In this document: piece after piece, positions 51,565-54,541 of the stretch | How the letters are laid out: the number at the start of each line of letters is the position of its first letter | Numbering within the stretch: position 1 is the first letter of the stretch | Source: Verrucomicrobiota bacterium | GTDB lineage: Bacteria; Verrucomicrobiota; Kiritimatiellia; SS1-B-03-39; UBA6053 | Length of the DNA: 54,541 nucleotides | Assembly: GCA_046581765.1 (NCBI GenBank) | Contig: JAYGFS010000338.1 | Coordinates: 1 to 54,541 of the forward strand | Direction of reading: 5' to 3' | The notes under the pieces: generated by a model | What the model was told of the DNA's origin: nothing | Seen by the model: the letters and a program-made list of their open reading frames with translations, nothing else | Databases searched by the model: none | Program-made: the position numbers and the translations under genes

Positions 51565-52553
51565 ACCGTGTACCGGTCAGGCCGATACCCTTCCTGGTGC
51601 TTGCGCAGCCATTCAACCGTTTGCAGCAGGCCGCTTTCCAGGTCGACCTCGGCCTCCCAGCCAAAGGCTTCGCGCGCCAGGGATGCATCGGCCACGAGGC
51701 GCTCGACTTCGCTCCCGGCCGGGCGAATACGCTGTTCGTCGCTTAGCACCTCAGCCTGTGCACCGGTGACCTCGATAATCGTTCGCGCCAGGTCGCCGAT
51801 ACTGGTTTCGCGTCCGGAACCCAGGTTGAAGGTCCCGCCGTGCACCTTGTCGGCATCGGCGTCGGCAGCCTTGATAAATCCATCAACCGTACTGGCCACG
51901 TAGTTCAAATCACGCGTCGGGCTCAGGTTGCCCAGCTTGATCTCGGTGAAGCCGGCGAGGCACTGGCTGGCAATGGTCGGGATTACCGCCCGGGCCGACT
52001 GGCGCGGACCAAAGGTGTTAAAGGGCCGAATCGTCACCACCGGCGTCTCAAACGAGCAGAAATACGACTCCGCAATCTTGTCTGCCCCGATCTTGCTCGC
52101 GCTGTAGGGCGACTGGCCATGGAGAGGATGGGTTTCCTTGATCGGCACCTCAATCGCGGTACCGTATACCTCGCTGGTGGAGGTGTGCAGGATCCGGCGG
52201 ACCCCGCAATCGCGAGCAGCGTTCAGCACGTTCATGGTGCCCTCGATGTTCGTCCGCACATAGGATGCCGGTGCGACATAGGAATACGGAATGGCAATCA
52301 AGGCCGCGAGATGGAAAACCGTATCGCAGCCCTCCACGGCCTGTCGTACGCTCATGGCATCCGTCACGTCGCCGGCCACGATCTCCATGGCCCCGCGGTG
52401 GGGTGATTCCTCCAGCCAACCCCAGTTCCCGATGGCATTGTAGTGTACCATCGCCCGTACCTGGGCCCCCTCCTCAACCAGGCCTTCGGCCAGGTGACTT
52501 CCAATGAAGCCACCCGCACCCGTCACCAGCACCTTCTTCCCGCTTAAACTCAT
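51561..52553 (-). CDS. NAD-dependent NDP-sugar 4,6-dehydratase/decarboxylase-type SDR (LegB/UXS/GMD-like)
   Basis: 330 aa. VLVTGAGGFIGSHL and the catalytic TSTSEVYG...YSASK are present. The Ser-Glu pair occurs in dehydrating/decarboxylating extended SDRs. ATGA junctions on both sides. Confidence 0.9.
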   Translation of the reverse strand: MSLSGKKVLVTGAGGFIGSHLAEGLVEEGAQVRAMVHYNAIGNWGWLEESPHRGAMEIVAGDVTDAMSVRQAVEGCDTVFHLAALIAIPYSYVAPASYVRTNIEGTMNVLNAARDCGVRRILHTSTSEVYGTAIEVPIKETHPLHGQSPYSASKIGADKIAESYFCSFETPVVTIRPFNTFGPRQSARAVIPTIASQCLAGFTEIKLGNLSPTRDLNYVASTVDGFIKAADADADKVHGGTFNLGSGRETSIGDLARTIIEVTGAQAEVLSDEQRIRPAGSEVERLVADASLAREAFGWEAEVDLESGLLQTVEWLRKHQEGYRPDRYTV

Positions 52554-53623
52554 AGTCGTTTCTCCAGTCCATTGATGTCGTTTTGCGCCTGCTCGTATTC
52601 CTCACGGCGGCCGATATCCAGCCAGTACTCGATGATGGGAAAACAGATCACCTTCTTCCCTTCGGCGATCAGGATATCGACGAGATCAGTCATGTTGCAT
52701 TTGTCCGCGGGCACGTATTCGAAAACCGTTGGCTCCAGCAGGTAGATGCCGGCATTCACGAAGAAATCGTAGACCGGCTTTTCCTGCAGGCGGGTCACCT
52801 GTGCGCCCTTGCACTCCACCACGCCAAAGGGCACCTCGACATCGTACTTGCTGACCGCAACCGTGAGGTCCGCCTCATGCTCCCGGTGGAAATCGAAAAG
52901 GGATCTAAAATCCAACTGGGTCAAGATATCGCCGTTCAGCACCAGCATCGGATGCTCGGGTTTTTTTGCCAGGAGATTCAATCCACCGGCGGTACCCAGC
53001 GGGGACTCCTCCTCCACGTAGCTGATATTGATGCCGAACTTTTCACCATCACCAAAATGATCCTTGATCTGCTCTGACTTGTAGCACGTGGTGATGCTTA
53101 GATGCTCGATCTGTGCCGCCTTGAGCTGGTCGACGATCAACTCGAGCAGCGGACGGTCGCCCACGGGCAACATGGGCTTGGGTATTTTCTCGGTCAGGGG
53201 CATGAGGCGCGTACCCGCCCCCCCCGCCATCACCACCGCACCCATGGTGGCCATCGCTTTAGGCAGGAATTCATCGATCACGACCAGGTCGACCACCACG
53301 TTCCGTTCATCCACGAGGGGAATCTGGCGAACCCCCTTCTCCGCCATCAGGTGGAGCACATCGGAGGAACTGGCGTCCTGCGAAGCCGTAATCGGCACTT
53401 GTCCATCGGGATAGGTCTGCGAGAGAAAGGCCCCCGCGGTAATAGACAAGGATACCCCGGAAAGGATACCCCGACGCAGGTCGCCATCGGAAATGGTCCC
53501 GACCAGGCAGCGGGCTTCATCCACCACCAGCACAATGCCCCGCCCGGTTCGGTCGATGGATTCAAAACACGCACCCAAGGTGACCGCGGACGAAACGAAG
53601 GAGGATTCAATCGGTATTTTCAT
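52550..53623 (-). CDS. CBS-domain-containing sugar-phosphate nucleotidyltransferase
   Basis: Start at the ATG 53621..53623 (ATGA junction). The track start at 53641 is a TTG. The N-terminus carries a CBS pair (VGTISDGDLRRGIL, VRQIPLVDERNVVVDLV). The NTP-transferase core is VVMAGGAGTRLMPLTEKIPKPMLPVGDRPLLE. Confidence 0.88.
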   Translation of the reverse strand: MKIPIESSFVSSAVTLGACFESIDRTGRGIVLVVDEARCLVGTISDGDLRRGILSGVSLSITAGAFLSQTYPDGQVPITASQDASSSDVLHLMAEKGVRQIPLVDERNVVVDLVVIDEFLPKAMATMGAVVMAGGAGTRLMPLTEKIPKPMLPVGDRPLLELIVDQLKAAQIEHLSITTCYKSEQIKDHFGDGEKFGINISYVEEESPLGTAGGLNLLAKKPEHPMLVLNGDILTQLDFRSLFDFHREHEADLTVAVSKYDVEVPFGVVECKGAQVTRLQEKPVYDFFVNAGIYLLEPTVFEYVPADKCNMTDLVDILIAEGKKVICFPIIEYWLDIGRREEYEQAQNDINGLEKRL

Positions 53624-54541
53624 GACAGGTAGCGGTAACAAAGGATACGATGGCCGTAGCGTTCAGCCATGCGGGGATTCGCCGCGCGCCAGGCGTCACA
53701 AACCGCGGCATAGCGTTCCGGATGCACAACGCGTTTACTGATGTGAAAGAGATGTTCGTCGGTGCACAGCGACTTCTTGAACAGCAGGAGCGAATCATCT
53801 TCCGCCGCCGTCCGCCCGCCGCCGAGGTGAAAGCGCTCACATCCCATGGATTGCCCGAGGGATGCGGCTTCTTGCAAGAGCAGGTTTACCGTACCCGGAA
53901 CGCGCGCTTCGTAGTCCGAGGCGGAGAGAAAATAGTGCAGGTAGGGCGAGGCATGGAGTAGGATCGCGGCGGCCACCCATCGCCCGTCACGGATGCAGGC
54001 GAGCAGCATTCCATGCTGGTCGACGAACGGTGCCAGGGCGTGGAAAAACGCCCGGTCAAAGCGATAAAAGGAATCGGCGTCAAGGGTTTTCATGTTGGCG
54101 TCATACAAGGCGTGAAAGGTATCGACATGTTCCACCGCGCTGACCTGCTCAACGAGCACGCCCTCCTCGGTTGCGCGTTTCAACATGTTTCGCACCTTGG
54201 CACCAAAGCGCAGTTCCTGCGTCAGGTCGATGGAACAGGTGGTCCGGTCCCGCTCGACCTCGGCATTGATATACGACTCGTTCCGGATCAGGGGGTGCAG
54301 GCGAAGGAACTCGGCGATAACGCCCTGGGATTCCAGCCAATCCGTATACGCGGCATATGCCCGGGCAATGAAGGCCGGGTCATCCGAGTTCGACCAGGGG
54401 CCGCCGTACCCATGAGCGGTCTCAATATCGTACAGCTCGTCTCCATAGGGTTGCAGGAGAAAGGCGTGCAGCCATAGCTGCTCACCCTGCTCAAAAACCG
54501 CGCAGGTTCCTCGCGTTCCCGGCTCGAAAGCGAACAGGGAT
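53620..54541 (-). CDS. FemAB-like / GNAT-fold acyl- or aminoacyl-transferase (5' end beyond window)
   Basis: The track lists only 53620..54195, which starts at a GTG. My hand translation of the same frame stays open to the window edge. It reads ...SLFAFEPGTRGTCAVFEQGEQLWLHAFLLQPYGDELYDIETAHGYGGPWSNSDDPAFIARAYAAYTDWLESQGVIAEFLRLHPLIRNE.... The YDIETAHGYGGP and C-terminal HLGGG motifs resemble FemAB-type GNAT proteins. Confidence 0.65.
   Translation of the reverse strand, partial: SLFAFEPGTRGTCAVFEQGEQLWLHAFLLQPYGDELYDIETAHGYGGPWSNSDDPAFIARAYAAYTDWLESQGVIAEFLRLHPLIRNESYINAEVERDRTTCSIDLTQELRFGAKVRNMLKRATEEGVLVEQVSAVEHVDTFHALYDANMKTLDADSFYRFDRAFFHALAPFVDQHGMLLACIRDGRWVAAAILLHASPYLHYFLSASDYEARVPGTVNLLLQEAASLGQSMGCERFHLGGGRTAAEDDSLLLFKKSLCTDEHLFHISKRVVHPERYAAVCDAWRAANPRMAERYGHRILCYRYLS

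Noticed and set aside
53620-54195. Treating the 191-aa ORF (GTG at 54195) as the complete FemAB-like gene.
   Set aside because: The same frame translates without stops up to position 54541, with family-like sequence (YDIETAHGYGGP). The gene therefore starts outside the window.
1-54541. Search for CRISPR arrays, tRNA/rRNA genes, transposases, integrases, phage genes or defence-system signatures.
   Set aside because: I found no direct-repeat/spacer periodicity, no cloverleaf-like or rRNA-like segments, and no DDE, tyrosine or serine recombinase motifs in any listed ORF. The window is essentially all envelope-glycan and secretome genes.

Overview
This is a GC-rich bacterial chromosomal window. 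I saw no rRNA, tRNA, CRISPR array, transposase or integrase.

**Left ~10 kb (mixed orientation):**
- a disrupted LamG-domain remnant
- a secreted alpha/beta-hydrolase
- a 1195-aa internally duplicated FG-GAP/ASPIC (CRTAC1-like) protein
- a small membrane protein
- a GT-C-like membrane protein coupled to a GT2
- YceI

**10.5 kb to the right edge (>44 kb):** one almost gap-free minus-strand envelope-glycan locus. It closes with a rho-independent terminator at 10444..10475 and is still open at 54541. Most junctions are ATGA/GTGA/TGATG overlaps. Contents:
- 5 GT4 and 3 soluble GT2 glycosyltransferases (a fourth soluble GT2, 8720..9742, lies on the + strand in the left 10 kb)
- 3 polyprenyl-phosphate GT2s (DPM1/GtrB/ArnC-like)
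- 6 multi-pass GT-C/YfhO-like membrane proteins, including a tandem paralog pair (a seventh lies on the + strand at 7260)
- a flippase-like LPG-synthase-TM protein
- a sulfotransferase, 3 methyltransferases and an SGNH hydrolase
- an AsnB-like amidotransferase plus DUF354
- a GalE-like epimerase plus a eukaryote-type UDP-galactopyranose mutase
- a CBS-nucleotidyltransferase plus SDR dehydratase
- a FemAB-like gene truncated by the window edge

**Most interesting part, 25-38 kb:** an ACP-dependent acyl cassette (AMP-ligase, ACP, Fe-ADH, LuxE-like, LuxC-like, WecD-like GNAT). On one side it abuts wecE, the only gene inverted to the + strand. On the other it abuts an ArnC-like / GT-C / Zn-ribbon methyltransferase / flippase-like / GtrB-like / SGNH block. 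I read this as an uncharacterised Arn-like pathway that builds an unusually N-acylated 4-amino-6-deoxyhexose on a lipid carrier for extracytoplasmic transfer.

No Wzx, Wzy, Wzz, ABC exporter or initiating phosphoglycosyltransferase is recognisable in the window. The gene content hints at a PVC-type organism, which is inference only. All homology calls come from motif recognition by eye and need HMM/BLAST confirmation.
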